DNA of 64,000 nt, taken from assembly GCF_009914755.1 (NCBI RefSeq), contig NC_060943.1; one strand, written 5' to 3'. Shown piece after piece: positions 1 to 20,390 of the stretch. The translations under genes were made by a program, and so were the position numbers. Position 1 is the stretch's first letter; every line of letters starts with the position of its first letter. The notes under the pieces are model-generated. The model ran no database searches, was not told the origin of the DNA, and saw only the letters and a program-made list of their open reading frames with translations. Source of the stretch: the human T2T-CHM13v2.0 reference genome, Homo sapiens.

Positions 1-2395
<2,395 letters not shown>

Positions 2396-2636
2396 CTATA
2401 GAGGAACCAAATGTGCTAGAAGGCCATCCTTGGGTGGGATTAGGCGCTGTGCAGGCAGTCTTCCCTTTTCTACAGATAGGCGTCTATACTGTTGGAATTT
2501 TCCACAGCGGTAATATATTTGTGTCTGTCTTGTGCAAATGAACTTTTTTGATTCCCAAGAGTAAACTTCAATAGCTCTGTCTTGCCAAATGTGGAATGGA
2601 TTTGGTTTTTTTATCTCTTTCATTTTTGCTTTGCAG

Positions 2637-2858
2637 TGACATGGGCTCGAGGGTTGGCTACCCCGCTCAGGTTTACAAAACTGCCAGTGCAGAGACTCCT
2701 CGGCCCTCCCAGCTGGCCCAGCCCAGCCCCTTTCAGCTCTCCGCCTCCGTCCCCAAGTCCTTCTTCTCCAAGCAGCCTGTACGCAATAAGCACCCAACAG
2801 GGTGGAAGAGAACGGAGGAGCCCCCACCACGGCCACTCCCCTTCAGTGACCCAAAGAA
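2637..2858 (+). CDS. SIPA1L3: SIPA1L3 internal coding exon (7th from last): (S)DMGSRVGYPAQVYK...PLPFSDPK(K)
   Basis: Pyrimidine tract + ttgcag acceptor at 2631-2636 and GTAAGT donor at 2859. The exon is 222 nt, phase 2-2, and its final AA joins the G of the next exon to give Lys. Confidence 0.93.
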
Positions 2859-3099
2859 GTAAGTGCCTGGACGTCCAGCGAGGCGCCCGCCAGATCCACA
2901 CCAGGGCGTCTCCGGGGCGGAAAGAGGGTGATGCCACATGCTGTCATTGCACAGACGACTGTGGGCCAGTGTACCAGTGTACACACTGGGGCTGCAGCTG
3001 CAAGCAGGACAGGCGAGAACCCCTCTTGGGGAGCTGGCATTCCATTTGGGGTGACCAACAATAAGTAGAATAAGAGAAGCACGCAATAGGTCAATGGTG

Positions 3100-4200
3100 G
3101 TTATCCTTGTGCCATATCCGGGTGTGGAACATTCCAGGGAGAAGGCATAGCAGCTGCAGAGGTCCTGAGGCAGTGAGTGACACGGTTGCCTGTGGGCAGG
3201 CCGGGGTGGCTGGAACAGTTTGGGCCAGGGGAGGGTGTGGGAACATGAGGTCAGGGAGGGATGGGGACAGACCATGGAGGGTCTTGAGGGCCACGTGGAA
3301 GGGACTTGGCATCTTCCCTGACTGAGATGGAGCCACGGGAGGGCATGGAGCAGAGAGGGGGCAGGATCTAAATTGGGCATTCCAGGGTCGCTGTGGCTGC
3401 GTGTGGGGAACAGCCTGCGAGGAGCAGGGAGGAGCTGCTGTCATGGTCCAGGCGCAGACGAAGGGGCGGGAGCAGGGTGGGGGCGGAGAGGGTGAGAAGG
3501 GGGCGGTTCCGGATAGATTATCTGAAATGGAGCAGACCGGGCTTGCTGGCAGGGTGGATGTGGTGTGAGAGAAAGAGAGGGGTTGAGGATGGTGCGTCGT
3601 CTTGAAGCCCGGAGGACAGACTTGCCTTGAGTGGGGAGCAGGCTTGGGGAAGGCACAGTAGCTCAATCCTGGATGCTTCGGTGCGAGATTCGCAGGAGAC
3701 ATCCAGACGGAGGCGTGAGGGGGGCCCTTGAGTAAGGAATCCCGAATTCAGTGGAGAGGTCAGGCTGGAGGGAGAACTTTGGGTGTTATCAGCCTAGAGC
3801 TGCGAGGCTGGAAGAGCCCCTAAGGCAGGGTGTGGAGAGAGGAGAAATGTGGGACTGAGACTGAAACCCCTTGATGTTGAGCCAAAGTGAGAAGCCGGGG
3901 AAGGCGGGGAGGTGCGGAGGCGGAGAGGTGCGGAGGCGGGGCCAGGGCCAGGAGAGGCGGAGCTCGGGCGAGGAGGCTGGGCCCAGGCCAGGGTGATGAG
4001 ACTGAGAACCGACTATATAGGGTTAATCCTCCCAGAGGTCGCCGGAGGGTTCAGGAGAAAAGGGTGAGGCAGAATTGAGGAGCTGCGTGAGCAGTTCATT
4101 TGGGGCATTTTGCTTTAAAGTGAAAGAGGAGAGGGGTGTGCAGTTGAGAAAGGGTTTTGTTTTTCAGTTGGAGGATACAGGAGCTAACATTGCCTGAGCA
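3100..4200 (-). mobile_element. L2 fragment(s)
   Basis: Antisense L2-like blocks (ggaacattccagggagaagg...cagaggtcctgagg; ggagacatccagacggagg). Confidence 0.6.
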
Positions 4201-4303
4201 CTCACCACATCGAGGTTCAGTTCTAAGTGGTTTGATGCGAATGAATTTACTGGATCCCACAACAGCTCCATGGGGGTGGACCTGTCCTCCCCCCACCCCA
4301 CCC

Positions 4304-4595
<292 letters not shown>

Positions 4596-5606
4596 CCTGT
4601 CCTCCCCCTTTTACAGATGAGGCAGCTGAGGCCCAGAGTCACAGGGCTGGTGAGGAACACAGCCTGGATCAGAGCCCAGGAAGCCTGGGTCAAGGCTCAC
4701 GTCTCTTGAGTGAGGGGCTCTGCCCTCCTCCATCCTGTTCTTTGTAGTGTCATCTTTCATGACCTACATGGAGACATTCAAATCCGGGGATGACACAGAG
4801 CTTGGAGGGAGAGACGTGTCAGGAGACAGAAACAGTGTCCCTGGAGATATCAGCAGGCAAGTGTGCTGAGCTCACACTGAGAGCCAGAGGGGATTCTGAA
4901 AACTAGACTGATGATTAAAACTGCTTAAAAACTCAGCAGCCTCCCCATGCTCCCGGGATTAATGATGCAGGCTCACATTGACTACACACGTTTATACCAG
5001 GCGCCATGTTCTTTGCCGAAACTCCCGCTCAGAGCCTGGATGATCTGCCCCTCACCTCTGCCCTCGTTCCCATCCACTCTCCCCTCCTTGCTCTGTTCCA
5101 GCCACACTGGCCTCTTGCTGTTCCTCACACTCTCCACGTCCAGGCACACCCCAGGGCCTTTGCACTGGCTCTCACTGCTGCCTCCAGTGAGCTCCCTCCA
5201 GATCTTCTTGGGTGCAGCTCATGAGGACTCGCTCTAATGCCACCCCCTCAAACAGGTCCTCCTGGCCTTCAGTAGCCCAGGCTGTCATTCTGTGTCACTG
5301 TACTCTGTTCCACATCCCGTGTCCCCCATGGGAAACAGGTGCCACCGTCTTAGTCACAAGGCACTTGTAACGTGCCTGGCACACAGGGCATGCTCCATCC
5401 TGAACATAAGACGTGTGGATCTTGTTTGATTCTCACGTGACCCCAATAAGTAGATACTATAAGGCCCCCACTTTTCAGTGTGGCCCAAGTTGGGCCCTGC
5501 TGAACCCTGTTACCCTCCTCAACAATCACCCGTACACACTGCTTCCTCTGCCTGGAACCCACCCCCCAACCCGCACCCCCACTCTAGGCCCACTCCTGCC
5601 CACCCA

Positions 5607-6035
5607 TGTTAATTTGCTGGGGCAGCCGCAACAAACTACCACACACTGAGTGGCTTAAACTGCAGAAATGTATCATCTCACAGTTGCGGAGGCCAGAAGT
5701 CCAAGTTCCAGGCGTCAACAGGGTGGTTCCCTCCAAGGGCGGTGAGGGAGAACCTGTTCCTGGCCTCCCTCTTAGCAGCCGGTGGGTGTCAGCACGTAGA
5801 TTCATCACCCCCGTCTCTACCTCCTCTTCGCATGATGTTCTCCCTGCATCTGTGCCCACATTTCCTCTTTCTGCAAGGACGCCAATCTAACGGGATTAGG
5901 GGTCTACCCTAATGACCTCATTTTCACTTGATTGCCTCTGTAAAGACTCTGTCTCCAAATGAGGTCACATTTGGAGATGCTGGGGCTTAGGACTTCAATG
6001 TAGCTTTTTGTGGGGCCCCAGTTCAACCCATAACA
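5607..6035 (-). mobile_element. MLT1-family (MaLR) solo LTR
   Basis: aaactaccacacactgagtggcttaaac...ctcacagttgcggaggccagaagtcc...aatgaggtcacatt...ttcaacccataaca matches the reverse of MLT1 LTRs. Confidence 0.82.
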
Positions 6036-6394
6036 CCACTCCTTGGGTATCAACACAGACACGCCTTTCTTGCAGAAGTTGTCTGAACCCCCACACCAGG
6101 CTCAGCCCACCCCCAGCACCTGTCCCAGGGCACAGCGACCGCCACTCCCTTGGCAACTTGCTTCCTCTCTGTCACCCCCATGGGGCCCAGAACAGAGACA
6201 TCCTGAACCTCACCCAGACCACACACTTAGTAGGTGCTCAGAAGATGTACCTGGAGAGACAACAACCCTATCCAACAACAGCTTTCCCAGTGATGAAATC
6301 CAGAGATGGCTTGTATATGTGTGTGTTGGTGTAAACATATGTAAACTAAGCATATAAAATATCAGCAGGAGACACAAATGAAATCGCTTCATAG

Positions 6395-10228
<3,834 letters not shown>

Positions 10229-11358
10229 CTAGTGCAGAGAGCAAGCACATTTTATTCATGCTTCCAGGAGGTCTTGGCACGCCCCTCTCGAGGGGAGCCT
10301 GTGGGCAGTGCACTGGCTGGGGGGCGTGCTGAAGGCCAGGCCTGCTTCCTCACTGCCGGGAGATGGGCACCATGAGCCCTGCACTGAGTCACACTCCCCT
10401 GTGCAGGGCATTCTGGGAAATATTGAAATCAAAAGGGGTGGGGGAGTCCCCTTTTGATTTGTGTCTGTCTCTCTGTCTCTCTATTTCTCTCTTTTGAATC
10501 TAAAGCTTTTAATTTGCCCAAAGAATACACATCCCTGATAACTGACAGACCCAGCATTACCCTAGACCTGGAATTCCAATTTGGGGAGGAATATGACCTG
10601 ACCAGGAAAAAACCTGGCCTTGCTCTCGCCCTTCCTTTGTTAAAATCCCAAGGCTGGCAGCTGAGAAACAGAAAAAGGAAATCCAGTCTTTAAAACCCTC
10701 GGGAACCCAAGACATCTTATTTCTTCCCCAGGTTCAAAGCCTCTTTTTCTTTCTTGCATTACAGAATGAAGAAGTCCAGGCAAAAGCTTTTATTAAGCTA
10801 GTTTTTATTATTTTTATTGTTATAACCATGATTATGGTTAAGTAAATTCAGACACTTCAGAAGAATATCAGTTGAAAAGTAAAAGTCCCATTTTTCCACC
10901 TCCTAATAAGATTCCTACCTCCCAGAGGTTATCATGGTTCATAATTTCTTCCAGAAATTGTTATCTGCAGACAGAAGCATATTTTTAAATCCAATGTGGC
11001 TGTTCCCCACACCATACGTGTTTCCTGCCATCTCTGATATACACGTGACAGTCAAGCTTGGCAGTGGCGTGGGTAGGCACTGCAGCCTGGCGGCCTTGAT
11101 TTGAAACCTGACTCCTTCACAGGCTGTGTGACTTGGGACAAGTGGCTAAACTCCTCTGTACCTTAACAGCCTCATCCATGAGATGGGATACCAATAGTCT
11201 TTAACATATATGGCTGTGGTGGGGATCAAATGAATTTATAAGCTGGGCATGGTGGCTCATACCTGTAATCCCAGCACTTTGGGAGGCTGAGGCGGAAGGA
11301 TCGCTTGAGCCCAGGAGTTTGGGACTAGCCTGGGCAACCTAGTAGGACCCCATCTTTA

Positions 11359-11706
<348 letters not shown>

Positions 11707-12261
11707 TCACCTGAGGTCAGGAGTTCAAGACCAGCCTGGCCAACATGGAGAAACCCTGTCTCTACTAAAAGTACAAAAATTAGCTGGGCATGGTGGTGGG
11801 TGCCCCAATCCTTGCTACTCCAGAGGCTGAGGCAGGAGAGTAGCTTGAACCCAGGAGGCAGAGGTTCCAGTGAGCCGATATCACACCACTGCACTCCAGC
11901 CTGGGTGACAGGGCAAGACTCCATCTCAAACAACAAAAAAAAGCCTCTCCCCTCACACAGGGGGTCTGTCTCTGTGCATGTGTTCAGCGTGGGCCTCCCC
12001 CACTGGCTGCCAGCTCGGTGCTCACGGCCATGTCCCCAGCACCTGGGACAGGACAGCACAGCCAGCTCTGTGTGGTTCCCGGAAAACGTTTGTGGAAGAA
12101 GGGAATGGAGCCAAGCCCCTCTCTGCCACGCGTTTGCTGGGTGAAGGAGAGAAGGCTGTGGCCATGCGTCCCGTGGTGGCCGGCCCTCTTGAATCCAAAC
12201 AGCTTTGAAAAGTGGCTTGAGCCTCCCTGACACCCCTCTGACCCTGACGCTGTCATTCCAG

Positions 12262-12427
12262 GCAGGTGGACACGAACACCAAAAATGTCTTTGGGCAACC
12301 GAGGTTGAGGGCATCCCTCCGAGACCTCCGGTCACCACGGAAGAACTACAAATCCACCATCGAGGATGACCTGAAGAAACTCATCATCATGGACAACCTG
12401 GGGCCAGAGCAGGAGAGAGACACGGGA
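12262..12427 (+). CDS. SIPA1L3: SIPA1L3 coding exon: QVDTNTKNVFGQPRLRASLRDLRSPRKNYKSTIEDDLKKLIIMDNLGPEQERDTG
   Basis: ttccag acceptor and GTACGT donor at 12428; in frame with both neighbours; SIPA1L-type STIEDDLKKLI motif. Confidence 0.95.
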
Positions 12428-13097
12428 GTACGTAGGGCCCTGTCCCCCGCTCCCGACCCCCAGCTCCCAAGGGGATCCCAGATCTGGGCAGGCAAGGAGA
12501 AGGGCTGTGCTCCCCACGGTCACGCCAGCTCCTTCCCGTCGTGTCCCCAGCCTTTGGCATCTGCCAGTCCTGTTGGGGGCTATGGGCTCATGGCTGGGAG
12601 TGAGGGCAGCGCATTGGTCTGGGATGGAATCACAGGATAAGCCCAGGCAGGCACTCGGGAATCTACCCCATACCGAGAACCTCGCACAACTGGAGGGCCT
12701 CGTGCCCTCCTCCTCCAGCCCAGGATAGAAACAGCCACATCCACCCAAACCACAGGGACTGAGAGTGGAGCAGGGGCTCCCAGAGGAAGTTCAGACTCTT
12801 GTTACTCAGGGACACGGGTGGAAAGAACAGTGGGTGCCAGGGAACCTCCACAGCATCCACTTCCCTTCCCCTCCCAGCCAGGCCTGCCCTACTCGTCCTC
12901 ACTGCCAGGCAGGAGCTGTTTTGTGGGGACTGAGGTGGACCCCAGCCTCCCCAGGGTTGGGTCCCACCAGCCTACAGCTGGGGGAAGAGAGCACATCAGC
13001 CCAGCGCTACCCACTGGGGTCCCAGCACTGACTCTGGTGGGTCCAGCTTGGCTCACACCACCTTCCCCAACCCATCAGGCTTTGATCGCCAGCCTTA

Positions 13098-13292
<195 letters not shown>

Positions 13293-13653
13293 CTATAAAA
13301 AAAATGTAAAAATTAGCCAAGGGTGGTGGCATGCACCTGTGGTCCCAGCTACCTACCTGGGAAGCTGAGATAGGAGGATCGCTTAAGCCCAGGAGGTCAA
13401 GGTTGTAGTAAGCTGAGATCGCCCCATTATACTCCAGATTGGGCGACAGAGTGAGACCCTGTCTCAAAAAAGGAAGGAAGGAGGGAGGGGGGAGGGAGGA
13501 AGGGAGGGAGGGAGGAAGGAAGGAAATGGGGCAGAAATGGATGCTGGGTAGGTAAGGACTCGCCACCAATGTCCTAGAGGGGAAGATGCCTCTGAGGACC
13601 CTGGCTATGAGCCAGTCTGTGACCTCCCCCAACATCCCACCCACGCCCCACAG

Positions 13654-13897
13654 CAGTCACCGCAGAAGGGCCTGCAGCGGACGCTGTCGGACGAGAGCCT
13701 GTGCAGCGGGCGCCGGGAGCCCAGCTTCGCCAGCCCCGCTGGCCTAGAGCCAGGGCTGCCCAGCGACGTGCTCTTCACCAGCACCTGCGCCTTCCCGTCC
13801 AGCACGCTGCCTGCACGCCGCCAGCACCAGCACCCCCACCCGCCCGTCGGCCCCGGTGCCACCCCTGCCGCCGGCAGCGGCTTTCCCGAGAAGAAAT
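13654..13897 (+). CDS. SIPA1L3: SIPA1L3 coding exon: QSPQKGLQRTLSDESLCSGRR...GSGFPEKK
   Basis: cacag acceptor (CAGCAG tandem) and GTGAGC donor at 13898; contains the LQRTLSDES motif conserved in SIPA1L proteins. Confidence 0.95.
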
Positions 13898-15061
13898 GTG
13901 AGCCTGGGCCCCCTGGGACTGGCGCGGTAGTTACCCCAAGGTTGGGAGGTGGGGATGCCCGAGCAGGGGCTCACCTGGAGGTCAAAGGCTAGAGGTCATC
14001 AGTGTCGGGGCCATCTCAGGGAGGAATGGGGTTCACAGGAACTTCGGGGGGCCTGATGGTGGGGCACTGGGTGTCACCCAAGGAGCAAGGGATCATTGGC
14101 CAAGCATCAGAGGGTCACCTAGGAGTCAGAAGCACCCAAGGATTGGAGTCACCTGAGACCAGAGAAGAAGTCCACCCTCAGGGTACAGGCCTAGGGAATG
14201 GGGCTGCCCAGCTGTTGCCCTAGCACCCCCCAACCCTCCCACCCATTCCAGCTCTAAGCGGTTTGCTTCCTGAGCATTTTATTTGCTTTCCTGACTGCTC
14301 CCATGTTTGCCACACTTGGGGGTGGTGCATGGTATGACTTGTTCACTGCTTAATCACCCAGAAAATATTTACTGAGCACTCCCCGTAAACAGGTACTGCG
14401 CACACCACCCGCATCAAAAGCCACGAGCCAGCTGGAGTTGGCCGTGCCCCAGATGCACCCTGTAACCCCCCTTACCCACCTCCTAACCCCCCCACAACTG
14501 AAAGACAGTACGTAAGTTTGCACCATGCTCACTGGGTGGCGAAACCTGGCCTGGAGGGGCGTGAGGCTGTTTAGGGTCCATAGTCCCCCTACTTAGTGCT
14601 AGCAATGAGGAGCTTGGGGCAGAGCGCTGGCGTGCCACTGCGCGTGGGGTGCCCCTGACCTTTTTGAGTTTGTTACATAATACACAGCATCTGCACACTT
14701 ACTCTCTCAAATCCAAGCACATCTCAAATTCAGAGGCATGTTCTACCCCAAGGGTCTCAGCTGAGGGGCTGTGCCTGCCTGTGCCATCTGTACAGAGCCT
14801 CTTGTGAGCTGTGGGGGATGGGGTGGAGGAGACTCTGGGAATTTTATGAAGGGCAGTCTGTCTCCCCTATTAAAACTCCCCCGCAGGCCGGGCGCGGTGG
14901 CTCACGCCTGTAATCCCAGCACTTTGGGAGGCCGAGGCGGGTGGATCACCTGAGGTCAGGAGTTCGAGACCAGCCTGGCCAATGTGGTGAAACCCCGTCT
15001 CTACTAAAAATACAAAAATTAGCTGGGCATGGTGGCAGGTGCCTGTAATGCCAGCTCCTCA

Positions 15062-15265
<204 letters not shown>

Positions 15266-16409
15266 TCACAGAGCCTTCTTTTTGATCACTCAGCACACCA
15301 GACCCTCCCTGCTCAGGGCATCCTGCACGGCTGTTCTCTCCGCCCGCCATGCTCTTCCCTCAGTCCTCTTCTGGGTCACTCTTGTCCTTCAGGGCTGGCT
15401 CCATTCCTGCTTTTTCCTGGAAGGCTCCTCTAAGCCCTGGACTGGGTCCCAGCCCCCATCTCAACTCCAGAGCTTCTGGGCCCTCCCCTGCGCTCCCTTC
15501 CTGTTCCTGCAGCGCCTGCTGTGGGCGGGGCTCTGCCCTCGGTGCCAGGATGTGGCCCTGAGCAAGCAGAGCACACCCCTGCCCTCACAGGGCTGCCACT
15601 TTAGTGGAAATTTCCCTGCTCCCCAGGCTTCCCTCCACGTCTCCTTCCTCGGCCTCTCCTCCCTGCTGCTCTGTCTCTCTGCCCAAGGCAGGGCTGGTCA
15701 CGAAGTAGATGTTCAGTCACTGCAAAGGACGGGGACAGCGGCCACCACGGAGAGGTGGTGACAGAGAACACAGGCATAGACTCCACAGGCCGATCCGAAT
15801 TCCTCCAGCTTGCTGTACCTCATTCTTTCAGTCTTGGCTCAGATGCCCCCTCCTCCAGGAAGCCCTCCCTTCCCCTACCAGGCTGAGTCAGGCACCACCA
15901 CAGGCCCCGTCCCCCCCCCCCCCCCCCGGGTTTCTCTCACCCCCCTCCGTCCCTACTCACCGCCTTGTATCCCCATCACCATCCTGAGCTGTCACTAGAT
16001 GAGAATGTGTCTGTCTCCACCACCATACCGGGGGCCCCCCAAAGACGGGGCCTGGGGTTTTCTCTGTCACTGCTGTGACCCCAGCTCAGGTCCCTCTGCA
16101 TCACACAGCACACACACACCCTTCTCTGTCCATCTGACTCCCCCACACCCCTGAGCTGGGGAGAGTCCCGTCTGGCCTCAGTGTGGCCAGGGACCCTGGG
16201 CCTCTCCATTTCTTGTGTGCCTGCTCCAGAGCCCTTCCCGGGCCCCATCCCAGATGAAGAGACATGGTCATCCCTGGCCTGGGCTTCACTAACCAAGTGC
16301 CCTCCACACCAAGGAGCCTGTCACACGGTGCTCCTGATGCCCTGCTCAGCAATGGCAGCCACTCCCGTGGCTCCCACCAGCTGAGCAGTGAGACGCCAGC
16401 AGGCTAGAG

Positions 16410-16970
16410 GCACAGAACAAGGAGGCCAGGGGAAGAGCAAGGAGGCCCAGGGTGGAGCATGGAGGTCAAGGGTGGAGCAAGGAGGCCAAGGGCGGAGCAT
16501 GGAGGTCAAGGGCAGAGCAAGGAGGTCAAGGGCAGAGCATGGAGGTCAAGGGCGGAGCAAGGAGGTCAAGGGCAGAGCATGGAGGTCAAGGGCGGAGCAA
16601 GGAGGTCAAGGGCGGAGTGTGGAGGTCAAGGGCAGAGTGTGGATGTCAAGGCGGAGCAAGGAGGTCAAGGGAGGAGCATGGAGGTCAAGGGCAGAGCAAG
16701 GAGGTCAAGGGCGGAGCGTGGAGGTCAAGGGCAGAGCGTGGAGGTCAAGGGAGGAGCATGGAGGTCAAGGGCAGAGCATGGAGGTCAAGGGTGGAGCATG
16801 GAGGTCAAGGGCAGAGCAAGGAGGCCAAGGGTGGAGCGTGGAGGTCAAGAGTGGAGCAAGGAGGTCAAGGGAGGAACATAGAGTCAAGGGCAGAGCATGG
16901 AGGCCGAGGGGGGAGCCAGGAGGCCGAGGGGGGAGCAAGGAGGCTGAGGGACGAGCCAGGAGGCCAAGGA
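16410..16970 (+). repeat. Minisatellite, 20-bp unit GGAGGTCAAGGGC(A/G)GAGC(A/G)(A/T), ~27 copies
   Basis: Directly visible 20-bp periodicity in a SIPA1L3 intron. Confidence 0.95.
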
Positions 16971-18547
16971 CTCGTTCATTCAGCCAGCACTTACTGCACA
17001 CCACATATCACAGAGCTGAACGGCCTGAGTTTATGTCCCACGTCTTCCACTCACAGATATAACCTCTCTGTGCCTCAGTTTCTTTGACTGTAAAATGTAA
17101 AAAATAGTGCCCACATCCCTGGGTTAAAAGAATCAAACAAGTGAATATGTGGAAAGCACGTAGCGTATACCTCATATGTAGTCAGCACTGAGTAGTACTA
17201 GCTGGAAGCCATGTGAGCCCAGGCAAGGCAGCGCCTCGCTCGGGTCTCAGTTTTCCTCTTCCATGAGCAGAGATCATGTCACCCCCCGCCTCCGCCAGCC
17301 TCACAGTGAGGCTGTGAGATGATCTCCCTTGGCCCTGCACAGAGGAGGTGCCGGGAATGCAGAGCGGGCTGGGCCCACGGTCAGGCTCTGCCGATTCCCA
17401 GCTAAGGGCCCTGAGGTGTGTCTTCTGGTCTCTCTGTACCTGGCTGTCCTCTGTCCCCTTCCCTCAGGGGCTTCAAGGAGTCACAGAGCCCCAGGCCAGA
17501 GCCCGAGCCTGGTGCCTGGGACTCTCTCAATAGCCGCAGCAGGTGCGAGTGCAGTGCTGGCGCCGTTGCTTCTCACTTCCAACTCCTGAGATGTCACAGG
17601 CCTCTCCTCTGCTCAGCGTGTCATACCTGAACCTGCCCCCCCACGGCAACCCCACCCCGTGTAAACACTGTCCATACACTGGCGATTCCAATCACAGGTG
17701 CAGCTGGGACTCTCCTCGTCGCCAGCTCCTGTGGCCAGCCTCCGTCCCACCATCTCCTTGGAATGTCCAGGGCCATCTCCACCGAGCACCTCCAGAAACA
17801 GATTTCTGATCCCCCACCCCAGCCTTCCCGATCAGAGCCGCAATCCTGGCCCTTCTCTTTGTTTCACAGCCATATCCAACCCTCAGGAAATCCTATTGGC
17901 TGCCCCTGAAAAGTAGGCCCAGAATCTGCCCCTGTGTCCTATCACGGCCCCACCCTGGTCCTGCCCAGCATCACTGTCTCCATTGTGGGTTATGGTTACA
18001 GCTCCTACCTGCTCCCTGTCTCCCCCCAAATCCCCCCCCCAAACACACAGTCCGTCCCCCACATGCACCCAGAGGGAGTCTTCCAGGGCACTCAGGGTGA
18101 GAACACAGTCGTCACTGGGACCCACAGGCCCCACACGGTCCGGCCGTGTTGCCTCTGTTCTCGCCTCCTGCTGCTTCCTCCCTTGCTCACCCTCTCCCAG
18201 CCATAGGGGCCGCCTCTGTGTTCCTTAAACCTTCCAGGCACACTCCTGCCTCAGGGATTTAACACTGGCTGTTCCGTCTGCCTGGAATGTTCCTCCCCCA
18301 GGTAATCCGCCTGGTGCACTCCCTCCTCCCCTTCAGAGTTTTGTCCAGATGGCATCTCTGCCAGGCCTGGCCCAGCACCCTGTTTGAAGTCAGGCCTCTG
18401 TAGGCTCCAGCACTCCCAGACCCCTTACCCTGCTGGAGGTTTTCCTGGGCATGTAGCATCTCTGCATAAGCAATGGGATGTCTTCATGTATTTGTGTCTC
18501 CCGCATTGTCACACTCAACCACTGCCATCTCCACCCTCCCCATCCAG

Positions 18548-18691
18548 CCACCATCTCAGCCTCGGAGCTCTCGCTGGCTGATGGGCGGGACCGCCCCCTG
18601 CGGCGCCTGGACCCTGGGCTGATGCCCCTGCCTGACACAGCTGCTGGCCTCGAGTGGTCCAGCCTGGTGAACGCAGCCAAGGCATACGAAG
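18548..18691 (+). CDS. SIPA1L3: SIPA1L3 coding exon: [48 protein letters not shown]
   Basis: catccag acceptor and GTAGGC donor at 18692; LMPLPD..LEWSSLV.AAKAYE motif typical of the SPAR C-terminal region. Confidence 0.95.
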
Positions 18692-20205
18692 GTAGGCGCC
18701 TTCCACCCAGTCCCGCCAGGCCCCCACCCCGTCCTCTGTTCTAGAGGGATTCATGGAGGGCCTCATGGCTTTGCAGGGATACCCACTCAGGTTCCAGAAT
18801 CAGGGAGCAGGGTTCAAGTCCTGCCCCGTCACTTGCTTACCATGCAGCCCCGGGCAAGCGTCGTCATCTCTTTGATGCCAGCGAACCACGTTGACCAACA
18901 AGCGGAAGTGACCATGCCTGAGGCTGCCATGACGATTACACAAAACACCACGTGTAAAACACGTGAGGCCAAGCACAGTGGTTCACACCTGTAATCCCAG
19001 CACTCTGAGAGTCCAAGGCAGGAGGATCGCTTGAGCCCAGGAGGTGGAGGCTGTGTGGTGAGCTGTGATCACACCACTGCACTCACTGCACTCCAGCCTG
19101 GGCGACAGTGCAAGACCCCGTGTCTGGGGGAAAAAAAAAATCTGTCCCTGAGGACATTTGGGTTTTCAGCGCCAGATCTGGGAGCCAGGGAGCGGAAGAC
19201 TTTTAGTGCCCTGAGGGTCCTGCCAAGACCTTGCATCCTGGGTTGGGGGTTCCCCATACCAGGCCTGCAGGGATCCTCACTCCCTGGGTTCCCTGGAGCA
19301 GTGGACAGGGTTTGCTCTGCCACCCAGGGCCCTTTATGTGCTGGAAGTCCGTGCTGACGGGGCCAGGCAGCTGTGGCATCTCCTCTCTCATGTGGGTCTC
19401 CAAGCATCCTGGGGCCAGGACAGCCAGTTCCAGGACAGTGGGAAGTGAGGAAGGCCTCAGGTCTCTCCCTGGAGACCCAGATGCCATCAGCGGTTGTAGT
19501 GTTGTTTGCGGAAGACAGAGCTGCCCAGACACTGACCACTCCCCCGCAACCGTGGGCCACAGGAAAGGGCTAGGATAGCCAGAGCCCCTTACCCACTCCC
19601 AGCCGCTCCGTGTGCCTGGCATGCCTGGGAGCTGTGCGCCCCATGTGAGAAAGCTGAGGGAGCCTGGCTGGTGGCACTGATTTCTCCCCCAGGCTGTGCG
19701 TCACAGTCGCCTAGGGAGCTTTTTGCTTCCTTATAAAATTAATAGATGAAACACAGAAGGTTACGGGGGAGTGGGGGGAGTAGCAGAAAGACCTGGGAGG
19801 AAGCACACCAGCACCACCATGGAGGTGCCTCCCCGGGAGCCGGAAAGGGGCTGGCAGGGAGTGCAGGTCAGGGTGGTTTCAGCTTGCCTGGAGGTGTGGT
19901 TTTTAATGAAGATATATGTGGGTTTTCCCTTGCAATTCACATAAGTGGAAAAGACTAAAGGAATTCTCATTAACTTTGGTAGATGTGTTCATAGCATAGT
20001 AATTTTCTTAAATATATATATATATTTTATCCACTAGAGCTACTTAGTGAAGTTTCTACAGATGAAATACAAAGACATCTAGAATTTGATTTAAAATATT
20101 CCAGGTTGGGTGCAGTGGTTCGCACCTGTAACCCCAACACTTTGGGAGGTCAAGGTAGGAGGATGGCTTGAGGCCAAGAATTCGAGACCAGCCTGGGCAT
20201 CGTAG

Positions 20206-20361
<156 letters not shown>

Positions 20362-20390
20362 TGAGATTATAGGTACTAATTTTAAAATTA

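Noticed and set aside
2596-2636. In-frame ATG giving a hydrophobic signal-peptide-like MDLVFLSLSFLLC ahead of the exon
   Set aside because: It is the translated polypyrimidine tract of the acceptor; no promoter evidence.
15740-15760. Partial REST/RE1-like CACCACGGAGAG
   Set aside because: Lacks the TCAGC left half and the CGCC tail; too weak to call.
16388-17087. Three overlapping 140-224 aa ORFs
   Set aside because: Artefact of a stop-free 20-bp VNTR; no splice context or domain.
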